Assembly: GCF_044704955.1 (NCBI RefSeq)
Contig: NC_091988.1
Span: 4,154,001-4,218,000 of the forward strand
DNA from: Pristiophorus japonicus
Taxonomy: Eukaryota
DNA length: 64,000 bases
Reading direction: 5' to 3'
In this document: positions 47,416-61,061 of the stretch, in pieces
Numbering within the stretch: the stretch's first letter is position 1
How the letters are laid out: each line of letters starts with the position of its first letter
Translations under genes and position numbers: made by a program
Notes under the pieces: generated by a model
What the model saw: only the letters and a program-made list of their open reading frames with translations
Database searches by the model: none
What the model was told of the DNA's origin: nothing

Positions 47416-48374
47416 GACTTAGAAGAAGGGACTGAGTGTAACGTAACCAAGCTTGCTAATGATACAAAGCTGGGAGGAAAAGCAATATGTGAAAAAAATC
47501 TGCGAAATGATATAGACAGGCTAAGTGAGTGGGCAAAAATTTGACAGATGGAGTATAATGTCGGAAAGTGTGAGGTCATACACTTTGGCAGAAAAAACTC
47601 AAGGAGCAAGTTATTATTTAAATGGAGAAAGATTGCAAAGTGCCGCAGTACAGCAGGACCTGGGGGTACTTGTGCATGAAACACAAAAGGATAGTATGCA
47701 GGTACAGCAAGTGATCAGGAAGGCCAATGGTATCTTGGCCTTTATTGCAAAGGGAGTATAAAAACAGGGAAGTCTTGCTACAACTGTACAAGGTATTGGT
47801 GAGGCCACACCTGGAATACTGCGTGCAGTTTTGGTTTCCATATTTACGAAAGGATATACTTGCTTTGGAGGCAGTTCAGAGAAGGTTCACTCGGTTGATT
47901 CCGGAGATGAGGGGCTTGACTTATGAGGAAAGGTTGAGTAGGTTGGGCCTCTACTCATTGGAATTCAGAAGAATGAGAGGTGATCTTATCGAAACGTATA
48001 AGATTATGAGGGGGCTTGACAAGGTGGATGCGGAGAGGATGTTTCCACTGATGGGGGAGACTAGAACTAGAGGGCATGATCTTAGCATAAGGGGCCGCAC
48101 ATTTAGAACAGAGTTGAGGAGGAATTTCTTCTCTCAGAGAGTTGTAAATATGTGGCGTTTGCTGCCTCCGAGAGCTGTGGAAGCTGGGACATTGAATAAA
48201 TTTAAGACAGAAATAGACAGTTTCGTGAGCGATAAGGGAATAAGGGGTTATGGGGAATGGGCGGGGAAGTGGAGCTGAGTCCATGATTAGATCAGCCATG
48301 ATCGTATTGAATGGCGGAGCAGACTCGAGGGGCCGTATGGCCTACTCCTGTTCCTATTACATATGTTCTTATGT
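47416..48374 (+). mobile_element. 5'-truncated CR1 (TTCTTATG-tail subfamily)
   Basis: ORF 47727..48278; homologous to 28988-29660. Confidence 0.92.
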
Positions 48375-49119
48375 AACCTCACCATCAATCTTCCAACACC
48401 GCAGGCTTGTCAACACATATATGCTTTGCATTTTAGAAGAAAACAAGATGAAGCAAATTTGTGCCATCTGAATGTTTTATGAACTTAAAATCCCATGGTA
48501 TCCTTTGCTTTGATGTCACTTCGAGGCAATCGTGTGCCACATTTCTATCAAAGATGCCTCTTTGCTCCTGAGTGCATTTTGGCCCAGATTTATGCACTCA
48601 CTGCAAAATTTTAAATATGGATTTTGGATGCTATCTTCCAAGAAACCTTTGTTCAATGATTCCAGTTTTTGTTTCTTTTAAGTTGTAATGTATACCTGTG
48701 TGTACCTGAGGTGGCAGTTTAGGTTAACAGTGTAATATTTTGTCTTCAACGCCACACGAATAAGGTAGAATAAAAGACCTCGGTAGTTTAAAATTGATAC
48801 TGAGGGGAAGCTTCAACGAGCTCATCATAAATTTTAGAAATCAATAAAACTGTGTTTAAAAGGTTTCCAGGAAGGGTTAATATCTCGTTAGATATTTCAG
48901 GCATGCTTGACCCTTGACCATAAAAAACTGAATGAGCGGTGAACCCCTAACTAGGTAATCTAAATTCAAGTCCCAAAGTAGTGATTAACATTCTCACCCA
49001 GGCCTTTCATAGAAAATGAATTTCATCAATCTGAAGTTGCTTTTATATTATCAGGTTTGCTCATTCCTGTCTGGGAAGACATTCAGTAGCAGATGTTCCA
49101 TTCTGTTTTGGGCTCCACT

Positions 49120-52100
49120 GTTTAATAGAGAGACCCAGATTATAAATGCATGATACTGGTTCCCTGCATTGACACTGATGGAACAGGCTGCCTTAAATCA
49201 GGGGGGTGATTGAGCAGGCCAGAGGTCGTGGTCCATATCAGTATCAGCGACAAATGTAAAAAGAGGGATGAGGTCCTGCAAACAGATTTTTGGGAGCTAG
49301 GAAAGAGATTAAAAAAGCAGGACGTCAAAGGGAGTAATCTCCGGATTACTCCCGATGCCACGAGCTAATGAGTATAGAAATAGGAGGATAGAGCAGATGG
49401 AGAGATGGTGCAGGAGGGAGGGCTTTAGATTCCTCGGACATTGGGACCGGTTCTGGGGGAGGTGTGACCTGTACAGGCCGGACGGATTGCACCACAATAG
49501 AGCCGGGACCAATGTTATCGCCGGGGGGTTGGGGGGGGGGAGGGTTTCTAGTGCTGTTGGGGAGGGTTTAAACGAATTTGGCATGGGGTTGGGCACCAGA
49601 ATCTAGCATTAGATAGGAGAAACAAGGTGCACAGAGCATTGGGAGTGGCAGGTAGTGTTAGAGTAAGAAATGGTACAGTATTAGGCAGGGTCAGACTAAG
49701 AGAGAATACAAAAAGGTCTAAGGTTTACAGTTGAAGAAAAGCCAGCACGGATTTGTTCAAGGCAAATTGTGCTCAACTAACTTGATTGAGTTTTTTGAAG
49801 ACGTAACAGAGAGGGTTAATGAGGGTAATGCAGTTAATGTGGTGTAGATGGTCTTCCAAAAGGCGTTTGATAAAATGCCACATAAAAGGCTTGCCAGCAA
49901 ACTTGAAGCCCATGGAATAAAAGGCACAGTGGCAGCATGGATACGAAATTGGCTAAGTGACAGGAAACAGAGGGTAGTGGTGAACGATTGTTTTTCGGAC
50001 TGGAGGAAGATATACAGTGTTATGTATTTAACCCCTTGTAACCTGTATTGTACGACCACCAGAGGGCCTACCTGTTGGAGTCCCAAGGGATCCCAACATC
50101 CCTTGGGAGCACAATATATAAATAGGTCACCCACGAGGTACCTGCACTCTGGAGTCTTATTAAAGGAGCTAAGGTCACATTTGCTCATTACACACAGTGC
50201 TCAGTTTCATCCTTTATTATGAATGTACCAATTGGCGACGAGGTAACGAACAACCACGTGAAAATGCAAAGAACAGTTGGTAACCTGAAGAAGTTCTCAG
50301 GAGGGGACGATTGGGAGGCCTTCATGGAGAGACTCGACCAATACTTCGTGGCCAACGAGCTGGAAGGGGATGAGAACGCTACTAAACGAAGGGCGATCGT
50401 CCTAACTGTCTGTGGGGCAACAACCTATGGCCTCATGAAGAATCTCCTGGCTCCGGCAAAACCAACAGAGAAATCCTATGAAGAATTGTTTACGCTGGTC
50501 CGGGAGCACCTAAATCCGAAGGAAAGCGCTTTGATGGCGAGATATCGGTTCTGCACGTGTCAACGATCGGAGGGCCAGAAAGTGGCGAGCTTTGTCGCTG
50601 AACTAAGGTGCCTCGCAGGACATTGTGAGTTTGAGAGATTCCTAGAACAAATGCTCAGAGATTTTTTTGTGCTGGGCATCGGACATGAGACAATCCTTCG
50701 CAAACTGTTGACTGTAGAAACTCCGAATCTGAGTAAAGCCATAACGATAGCCCAGGCATTTATGTCCACCAGCGACAACACCAAGCAGATTTTGCAGAAT
50801 AAAGATGTTTTGGCCAGTGCTGTGCATAAAGTAACGTCGGTCTCGAGCAGAAATATACAGGGCAGAACGTACACACCGGCTGCTGCTGCCTGACCTCAGA
50901 TAACCCAGAGTCCGCCATCAATCCTTAATGCGAGGCAGTTAACATCTTGTTGGCGCTGCGGAGGTGTTCATTGGCCCCATCAATGCCGCTTGAAGCACTA
51001 TGCGTTTAACGGTTACAGAACAATGGGACACCTCCAGCGAATGTGCAGCCGAGCTGAAAACCCTACAAACCCTGCAAATCACCGCGTTGCAGAGGAAGAT
51101 CGATCCACTGTGGATCAGACTGAGTTGGAGACTCGTACCGAGGCGGCAGAAATGTACGGGGTACACACATTCACTACGAAATCCACCAATAATGTTAAAA
51201 GTTGAACTGAACGGTATTCCAGAAATCTATGGAACTGGACACTGGGGCAAGTCAGTCCATAATGAGTAAAAAGGCCTTTGACAGGCTGTGGGGCAAAAAG
51301 GCACACAGGCCCAAGCTCAGCCCCATTCACACCAAACTAAGGACTTACACCAAGGAACTAATCCCTGTAATTGGCAGTGGAGAAGTCAAAGTCTCCTATG
51401 ACGAAGCAGTACACGAACTCCCACTATGGATTGTGCCATGGGATGGCCCCACGTTATTTGGCAGAAGCTGGCTGGGAAAAATCTGCTGGAACTGGGTTGA
51501 CGACGCCTCATGTACCCAGGTTCTGAGCAAGTTCCCGTCGTTATTCGAGCCAGGCATTGGAAGTTTCTCGGGGGTGAAAGTACAGATCCGTTTGTTTCCC
51601 GGTACGTGACCCATCCACCACAAGGCACGGGCGGTACCGTACCTGATGCGTGAAAAAGTGGAAATCGAGCTGGACAGGCTGCAACGTGAAGGCATCATCG
51701 CGCTAGTGGAATTCAACGAGTGGGCCAGTCCGATTGTCCCGGTACTTAAAGAGGACGGCACTGTTAGAATTTGTGGGGACTATAAAGAAACGATTAACCG
51801 TTTTTCACTACAGGACCAGTACCTGCTACCCAAGGCAGACGACTTATTTGCGACCCTAGAAGGAGGAAAGACGTTCACCAAGCTGGACCTGACCTCGGCC
51901 TACATGCAGGAGCTGGAGGAGTCTTCGAAAGGCCTCACCTGCATCAACACGCACAAAGGTCTGTTCATCTATTACTGGTGCGCGTTCGGGATTCGGTCAG
52001 CCGCAGCAATCTTCCAACGGAACATGGAGAGCCTGCTAAAGTGGGTTGCTCGCACCGTCGGTTCCTCGCACCGTGGTTTTCCAGGACGACATATTGGTTA

Positions 52101-55100
52101 CAGGTCGGGACACCATTGAGCACTTGAAGAATCTGGATCGCGTGGGGCTCAGGTTGAAACGCTCGAAGTGTGTTTTCCTGGTGCAGGAGGTCGAGTTCTT
52201 GGGAAGGAGAATCACAGCAGATGGCATCAGACCCACCGACGCCAAGACGGAGGCCATCAAGAATGCGCCGAGACCACAGAACGTGACGGAGCTGCGGTCG
52301 TTCCTGGGCCTCCTCAACTATTTTGGTAATTTCCTACCTGGGTTAAGCACCTGCTAGAACCCCTACATGGGGAGTCGACTGGGAATGGGGGAATTCACAA
52401 GATGCTGCCTTTAAGAGAGCCAGAAATCTGTTGTGTTCAAACAAACTGCTTGTCTTGTATAACCCTTGTAAACGATTAGTGCTAGCTTGCGATGCGTCAT
52501 CATATGTGGTCGGGTGTGTGTTACAACAGGCTAATGAATCGGGGATCTTGCAACCGGTCGCTTTTGCGTCCAGGTGTTTGTCCAAGGCTGAATGGGCCTA
52601 CAGCATGATTGAAAAAGAGTCTCTGGCGTGCGTTTACTGGGTAAAAAAAATGCACCAGTATTTATTTGGCCTCAAGTTTGAGTTTTGAAACTGACCAGAA
52701 GCCGCTCATATTGCTGTTCTCTGAGAGCAAAGGGATTAACAGCAATGTTTTTGCCCACATCCAAAGATGGCGCTCACACTGTCGGCATACGACTATGTAA
52801 TCCATCACAGACCGGGCACAGAGAACTGCGCAGATGCTCTCAGTCGGCTGCCATTGCCCACCACCGGGGTGGAAATAGCACAGCCAGCGGACTTGCTCAT
52901 GGTCATGGAGGCATTCCAGAATGAAAAGTCCCCCGTTACGGCCCACCAGATCAGGACCTGGACCAGCCAGGATCTTTTACTGTCCTTGGTAAAAACCTGT
53001 GTCCTCCATAGGAGTTGGTCCAGTGTCCCAACAGAGATGCAGGAGGCAATTAAGCCGTTCCACAGACGCAAAGACGAGTTGTCCCTGCAGGCGGACTGTC
53101 TGTTGTGAGGTAATCGCATGGTCTCGCCCAAGAAAAGCAGAGATACGTTTATATGTGAACTGCACAACACCCACCCAGGCAGAGTAATGATGAAAGCCAT
53201 CGCCAGATCTCACGTGTGGTGGCCTGGCATCGACTCAGATTTAGAGTCATGCGTGCGCCAGTGCAACACTTGCTCTCAGTTGAGCAATGCACCCAGAGAG
53301 GCACCGCTAAGTTTGTGGTCGTGGCCATCCAAACCATGGTCGAGGATCTATGTGGACTATGCGGGCCCATTTCTCGGCAAAATGTTTTTGGTTGTCGTGC
53401 ACACTTACTCAAAATGGATTGAATGTGCGATAATATCTGTAAGCACGTCCACAGCCACCATTGAAAGCCTACGAGCCATGTTTGCCACGCACGGCTTGCC
53501 TGATGTCCTAGTCAGCGACAATGGGCCGTGCTTCACCAGTGCTGAATTCAAGGAATTCATGTCCCGCAATGGGATCAAACACATTACATCTGTCCCGTTC
53601 AAGCCCGCATCCAATGGCCAGGCAGAACGGGCAGTTCAGACCATCAAGCAAAGCTTTGAAACGCGTGTCGGAAGGCTCCCTGCAGACCCGGTTGTCCCGA
53701 GTGCTGCTCAACTACTGCACCAGACCCCACTCACTCACCAGGATTCCCCCAGCCGAGCTGCTCATGAAAAGGGCGCTAAAACCAAGGTTCGCTCTTGCCC
53801 GCCCTTATCTCCATGATCACGTGGAGGGCAGGCGGCATCAACAAAGTGTGTACCATGATCGCGCAAATTTGTCACGCGATATTGAGATCAATGATCCTGT
53901 GTTTGTGCTCCATTATGGACATGGTCCCAAATGGCTCGCTGGCACGGTCACAGTCAAAGAGGGGAGTAGGGTGTTTCAGGTCAAACTGACCAATGGACAA
54001 ACGTACAGAAAACATTTGGACCAAATCAAATTGCGGTTCACCAACAGCTACGAACAACCCGAAGAAAACACCACCAACTTTGACCCTCCAAAACAACACA
54101 AGTGGTAGCTGACATCATGGTTGACCACGAAGCCGAACTCACCATCCCCAGCAGCCCAGCAAGGCCGGCTGCCCAACAGCCCAGTGAAGAACTGACCAAC
54201 TCACCCACACCTGCATTTGTACCGAGATGATCGACAAGGGAGCGAAAAGCCCCAGATCGTCTCACCTTGTAAATAAGTGTACCTTTGACTTCACGGGGGA
54301 GTGATATTATGTATTTAACCCCTTGTAACCTGTATTACACTACCACCAGAGGGTCCACCTGTTGGAGTCCCAAGGGATCCCAGCGTCCCTTGGGAGTACA
54401 GTATATAAGCAGGCCACCCACGAGGTACCTGCACTCTGGAATCTTATTAAAGGAGCGAAGGTCACACTTGCTCATTGTACACAGTACTCAGTTTCATCCT
54501 TTATTATGAATGTACCATACAGTGGTGTTCCCCAGGGATCGGTACTGGGACCACTGCTTTTCTTGATCTATATTAATGATTTGGATGTGGGTGTACAGGG
54601 AACAATTGCAAAATTTGCAGACGACACAAAACTTGGAAGTATTGTGAACAGGGAGGAGGATAGGGATAGACTTCAAGAGGACATAGACAGGCTGGTGGGA
54701 TGGGCGGACACGTGGCAGAGGAAATTTAACGCAGAAAAATGCGAAGTGATATATTTTTGTCGGAAGACTGAGGAGCAGCAATATAAACTAAAGGGTACAA
54801 TTCTAAAGTGGGTGCATGAAAAGAGAGAGAACTGGGGTTATGTATAGGTGCACAAATCATTGAAGGTGGCAGGGCAGGTTGAGAAAGCAGTTAAAAAGGT
54901 ATATGGGATCCTGGGCTTTATAAATAGAGGCATAGAGTACAAAAGCAAGGAAGTTATAATGAACCTGTATAAAACACTGGTCTGACCTCAACTGGAGTAT
55001 TGTGTCCAATTCTGGGCCCCGCACTTTAGGAAGGATGTGGAGGCCTTAAAGAGGGAGCAGAAAAGATTTACGAGAATGATTCCAGGGATGAGGGACTTCA

Positions 55101-55530
55101 GTTACGGGGATAGACTGGAGAAGCTGGGGTTGTTCTCCTTGGAGCAGAGAAGGTAGAGAGGAGATTTGATCGAGGTGTTCAAAATCATGAGGGATCTGGG
55201 CAGAGTAGAGAGAGAGAAACTGTTCCCATTGGTGGAAGGGTCGAGAACCAGAGGGCACAGATTTAGGGTGATTAAGAACCAAAGACGACATGATGAAAAA
55301 CCTTTTTACGCAGCGAGTGGGTAGGATCTGGAATGCGCTGCCTGAGAGGCTGGTGGAGGCAGACTCAATCGTGGCTTTTAAAAGGGAATTGGATAAGTAG
55401 CTGAAAGAAAAAAATTGCAGAGCTATGGGGAAAGGGCGGGGGAGTGGGACTGGCTGAGGGGCTCTTGCAGAGAGCCGGCATGGGCTCGACGGGCCGAATG
55501 GCCTCCTTCTGTGCTGTAACCATTCTATGA
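49120..55530 (+). mobile_element. Older CR1 lacking the endonuclease region, split by Gypsy B
   Basis: ORF1 esterase remnant 49140-49575 joined near 49730 to RT; RT resumes at 54518 ([11 protein letters not shown]); TTCTATGA tail. Confidence 0.85.
50018..54517 (+). mobile_element. Gypsy LTR retrotransposon B, structurally complete, ORFs disrupted
   Basis: 213-bp LTRs at 50018-50230 and 54305-54517; TSD TACAG; PBS TGGCGACGAGG at 50233; PPT GGGGGAGTGA. gag, ELDTGAS, FQDDILV, LACDASSY, HHCC and D-D-E integrase. Confidence 0.96.
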
Positions 55531-55940
55531 ATAGATTTATCAACACACATTTTCATACGTCTGTTCTGCTTTATTGAGGAGTGCAGCCAATAAAGGGAGA
55601 AGGACTGTTTCAAGTTGGATGTACTCATTTAAAGTAAAAGCACTTGGGTTCCCTATGGATGAGGTAAAGATAGGGGGAGATGAAATGGAGAAAAGGAGAG
55701 GAAGAAAACTGCTTGGTAAATTGTTAGAATTTTTTCTCCAAGTGCAATATTAAAATGCTCAATTAGCACTGGCTGTTTTTTATTGTTGTGCATATAGGCA
55801 GCCAGTGGTTGATAAAACAGAATGATGAATGCATCATTAAAAAACACTTTGTACTGTTTTATTTTATGGTGTGTTATAATAACCTAGTTTGTGTTCCAGT
55901 TACAAAATGGTGATAGTGACTTTACAACTCATGGCAGATA

Positions 55941-57952
55941 TCATCATCATCGTAGGCAGTCCCTCGGAATCGAGGAAGACTTGCTTCCACTCTTAGAATG
56001 AGTCCTTAGATGGCTGAACAGTCCGATACGAGAGCCACAGTCCCTATCACAGGTGGGACAGACAGTCATTGAGGGAAAGGGTGGGTGGGACAGGTTTGCC
56101 ACACGCTCTTTCCGCTGCCTGCACTTGATTTCTGCATGCTCTCGGCGATGAGACTCGAGGTGCTCAGTGCCCTCCCGGATGCACTTCCTCCACTTAGGGC
56201 GGTCTTTGGCCAGGGACTCCCAGGTGTCAGTGGGGATGTTGCACTTTATCAGGGAGGCTTTGATGGTGTCCTTGAAACGTTTCCTCTGTCCACCTTTGGC
56301 TTGTTTGCCATGAAGGAGCTCTGAGTAGAAAGCTTGCTTTGGGACTCTCGTGTCTGGCCTGCCCAGCGGAGTTGGTCGAGTGTGGTCAGTGCTTCAGTGC
56401 TGGGGATGTTGGCCTGGTCAAGGACGCTGATGTTGGTGCGTCTGTCCTCCCAGGGGCTTTGTAGGATCTTGCGGAGACATCATTGGTGGTATTTCTCCAG
56501 TGACTTGAGGTGTCTACTGTACATGGTCCATGTCTCTGAGCCATACAGGAGGGCAGGTATTACTACAGCCCTGTAGACCATGAGCTCGGTGGTAGATTTG
56601 AGGGCCTGGTCTTCAAAAACTCTTTTCCTCAGGCGGCTGAAGGCTGCACTGGAGGCAATGTTGAATCTCCTCATCAATGTCTGCTTTTGTTGATAAGAGG
56701 CTCCTGAGGTATGGGAAATGGTCCACGTTGTCCAGGGCTGCGCCGTGGATCTTGATGACTGGGGGACAGTGCTGTGTGGTGAGGACAGGCTGGTGGAGGA
56801 CCTTTGTCTTACGGATGTTTAGCATAAGGCCCATGCTTTCGTACACCTCAGTAAATACATTGACTATATCCTGGAATTCAGCTTCTGAATGTGCGTAGAC
56901 GCAGGCGTCATCCGCGTACTGTAGCTCCACGACGGAGGTTGGGGTGGTCTTGGACCTGGCCTGGAGACGGCGAAGGTTGAACAGCTTCCCACTGGTTCTG
57001 TAGTTTCGTTCCACTCCAGCGGGGAGCTTGTTGACTGTGAGGTGGAGCATGGCAGCGAGGAAGATTGAGAAGAGGGTTGGAGCGATGACGCAGCCCTGTT
57101 TGACCCCAGTCCAAATGTGGATTGGGTCTGTGATGGATCCGTTGGTAAGAATCACGGCCTGCATGTCGTCGTGGAGGTGGCAAAGGATGTTGATGAATAT
57201 TTGGGGGCATCCAAAATGGAGGAGGATGCTCCATAGACCCTCACGGTTGACAGTGTCAAAGGCTCCTGCATTTTTTCTGTAGCTGTGGCGCTGCAAAGAT
57301 GTTGTCCGTTGTGCCCCGTAGGGGACGACATCCGCATTGTGATTCCGGGAGGAGCTCCTCGACCACAGGGAGAAGACGGTTGAGGAGGACTCTAGCGACA
57401 ACTTTCCCAGTGGCTGATAGCAGGGAGATTCCTCTGTAGTTGCCGCAGTCGGACTTGTCCCCCTTTTTAAAGATGGTCACAATCACTGCATCTCTGAGAT
57501 GTCCCAGCATGCTCTCCTCCCTCCAGATGAGAGAGATGAGGTCATGCATCTGCGCCAACAGTGCCTCTCCACCATACTTAAGCGCCTCAACAGGGATTCC
57601 ATCCACTCCCGTAGCCTTGTTGTTCTTGAGCTGTCTTATGGATTTTCCTACCCCGTGCAGCGTTGGGGCTTTACTGAGGTGGTGGCTGGTCACATGCTGC
57701 GGGATGGAGTCGAGAACACTTGAGTCAATGGCAGAATCTCGATTGAGGAGATCTTCAAAGTGCTCCTGCCAGTGGGCCCTGACTGCCTTGGTGTCCTTGA
57801 TGAGTGTTTCCCCGTTCTTGGCCTTGGGAGTTTGGACCGTAGGTGGCCTTGACTGCGATGAAGAATCCTCGCACATCAAAAAACCTGGGACCTAAAGAAC
57901 AGGTGGTAGATGGAGAAAGCACAGCAGATACAACAACTGGCCGACAGCCACG
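55941..57952 (-). mobile_element. 5'-truncated RTE LINE with 5' inversion
   Basis: (TGA)n tail at 55941; RT LQYADD; TSD GGCAGATA (55933-55940 / 57952-57959); 57877-57952 is inverted. Confidence 0.92.
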
Positions 57953-58067
57953 GCAGATAATAGAAACTGTAACAAGATAAAATCTTGCTGCGATATATTT
58001 GCTTACAATATTACATCTGACAGAGCGACAGTATTTTGTGTATTGCTGTGCAGGTCTGTTCCTTTTA

Positions 58068-58650
58068 GATCATCACAGGCAGTCCCTGGAAACGAGGATG
58101 ACTTGCTTCCATGCCAAAAAAGGACGAGTTCACAGGTGTTTCAATGAAGGGCCCGAACTACATCCTGAAGGGTGGAAGATGCCTGTGTGTGGATTTATTT
58201 AACGTGGGGTGGCCGTTGCACACCAGCCACCACACGGGGCTTGACAGAGCTAGGTCTTGGTCCAGTGGCAAGGGTTAACCACGATGACTGGAAGCCAGCT
58301 CTGCTGCACGGACCTAGTGTGCACAGATATCGCAGTGTGGGCTGGCCCGTGCTGTCCCTCGACCCCTGGCCCCGAACTCACACCTCCCCTGGGCCCCGAT
58401 CACATCCCTCTACAGTCTCTCGGTGCTCCTTCGCCCCGATCTCGCCGCTCCTGCTGTACCTGCCCACGCTCCAATCACCGACCTGGATCTTGATGACTTC
58501 ACTCTTCACTGCCGTCGCCTTCCTGCACCAGCTCGTGCTGCTCGCTGGAGTTGCCTCCACACTGCTCCTGGGGCCGCTCGCCACTCCTTTCATGGCCCCG
58601 ACCTGCCGCTGCTGTTCTCAGGTAGGTCGGGACCTCCATGCTGCAAATAG
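58068..58650 (-). mobile_element. Bipartite RTE-derived non-autonomous element (SINE-like)
   Basis: 58068-58110 is an RTE 3' end; 58170-58270 is homologous to RTE 5'UTR 9855-9960; second copy at 63794-64000. Confidence 0.75.
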
Positions 58651-59075
58651 CTGATGAGAAACAATGCTCATTAGCAGAAAAAATTGATTAGTCGTCATTT
58701 TGCGAAAATGATCTGGCTTAACCGAAAGAATCTCCTGCTTAATAGCTATTTTTAGGCTGTCTGCATTGTTCTGCATTATAAAGAAATAAATGAACAATAT
58801 GCCTTCACGTCTATTGCTTGTAATTTTGCAGTATGTTTTAATGCAGCCTTTATTAAAAATGTTTTGAAATATGTTACAATTTACAAACTGACAATAGAAT
58901 GAACATCTGTTGTTACAGATATTAAACACGACCACTCTCAGCATATTCATCTTTGGCTCCCTCAACTCCCTTCCCGGTTTCCCTCCATCCCTTTAGACCA
59001 TTTGTTTTCCTCCACCACCACAACATAAATTACACATTTCAGCAACTTTTTTGCACTTTGGGATATTTCTGACAC

Positions 59076-60190
59076 GATTGAGAACTCGTTGTCAGACAGG
59101 AAGTAAAGAGTAGGAGTAAATGGGTACTTTTCAGAATGGCAGGCAGTGACTAGTGGGGTACCGCAAGGTTCTGTGCTGGGGCCCCAGCTGTTTACATTGT
59201 ACATTAATGATTTAGACGAGGGGATTAAATGTAGTATCTCCAAATTTGCGGATGACACTAAGTTGGGTGGCAGTGTGAGCTGCGAGGAGGATGCTATGAG
59301 GCTGCAGAGTGACTTGGATAGGTTAGGTGAGTGGGCAAATGCATGGCAGATGAAGTATAATGTGGATAAATGTGAGGTTATCCACTTTGGTGGTAAAAAC
59401 AGAGAGACAGACTATTATCTGAATGGTGACAGATTAGGAAAAGGGGAGGTGCAACGAGACTGGGTGTCATGGTACATCAGTCATTGAAGCTTGGCATGCA
59501 GGTACAGCAGGCGGTTAAGAAAGCAAATGGCATGTTGGCCTTCATAGCGAGGGGATTTGAGTACAGGGGCAGGGAGGTGTTACTACAGTTGTACAGGGCC
59601 TTGGTGAGGCCACACCTGGAGTATTGTGTACAGTTTTGGTCTCCTAACTTGAGGAAGGACATTCTTGCTATTGAGGGAGTGCAGCGAAGATTCACCAGAC
59701 TGATTCCCGGGATGGCGGGACTGACCTATCAAGAAAGACTGGATCAACTGGGCTTGTATTCACTGGAGTTCAGAAGAATGAGAGGGGACCTCATAGAAAC
59801 GTTTAAAATTCTGACGGGTTTAGACAGGTTAGATGTAGGAAGAATGTTCCCAATGTTGGGGAAGTCCAGAACCAGGGGTCACAGTCTAAGGATAAGGGGT
59901 AAGCCATTTAGGACCGAGATTAGGAGAAACTTCTTCACCCAGAGAGTGGTGAACCTGTGGAATTCTCTACCACAGAAAGTAGTTGAGGCCAATTCACTAA
60001 ATATATTCAAAAGGGAGTTAGATGAAGTCCTTACTACTCGGGGGATCAAGGGGTATGGCGAGAAAGCAGGAATGGGGTACTGAAGTTGCATGTTCAACCA
60101 TGAACTCATTGAATGGCGGTGCAGGCTAGAAGGGCTGAATGGCCTACTCCTGCACCTATTTTTCTATATTTCTATGTTTCTATGTTTCTA
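59076..60190 (+). mobile_element. Young 5'-truncated CR1 inserted in a Deu-SINE/L2-type tail (about 59053-60220)
   Basis: Near-identical to 36551-37712; one frameshift near 59460; octamer tail. Confidence 0.94.
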
Positions 60191-60243
60191 TAAGGTGCTA
60201 TATAAATGCAAATCTTTCTTTCTCTTGCTCTCACTTTCTTCTC

Positions 60244-61061
60244 TGTCGTGATCCCTTTCTTCTGGTCAAATTCCTGGAATTTCGTTATCTTCCATCTGTG
60301 ACTTCCCCTGGACTACTCGGGACCTCCCAAACTGTTTTGGATCGATAATAATAGACCCAGGTTCGGGATCGGGATGAGTGATACGAGACAAGGCAAATGA
60401 AGTAAAGAATAAGATACCGTTTACTAAGAGAAAAGAAGCATTAATAATACAGCTTACGAAGAAAAGAGAAGTATGATAAGATGCAACAACGCTCATGGCC
60501 TTCCACCCGTCAGGAACTCCACAAGCGACGGCTGGTCTGGAGCATTGGGGGTCCCGGCACCGCTCGCGAATCACGGTCCAAGGTGAAGTTCAAAGAGCTA
60601 CGGGACAGTGCTGTACCTTTATACTATCAAATAAACATACTATTGAACAAAACATGGATGCATGTGGCTTATGGCCAACTCCTAATCTGTAAGGCCCCAG
60701 GTGCTTGTCCACAAAGCAAGAGACCTCCAGCCACGGACCGTCTCATAACAAGCTGGTGTGCGTCCCAAGTTTGATTTCTCTCTCTTTCTATCCACGAAGC
60801 ATGAGGCAGAGACACACTGTGAATGACTAAATATCATAATTAACCCTATGTGATTAACCCCATACAATACACATACCAAGTGGCTGTTAGTAGCTCAGAA
60901 AGTTCCATATTCTAAAATCAGGCTGCCACCATCCATCTAGTCTAGCTGAATCTCCTTGGTGCCAGGCTCTATGAATTCCTCTCAGCTGGGTGAGTTTTGA
61001 ATAAGTACGTATGTGTTGTGAGGCTGTCACCGTGTCCAACTCTTTAATCTTTATCACTACT
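60244..61061 (-). mobile_element. Candidate solo LTR (about 820 bp)
   Basis: Ends TGTCGTGAT / ATCACTACT (degenerate inverted termini); minus-strand TATAAA then AGTAAA; no clean TSD. Confidence 0.5.
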
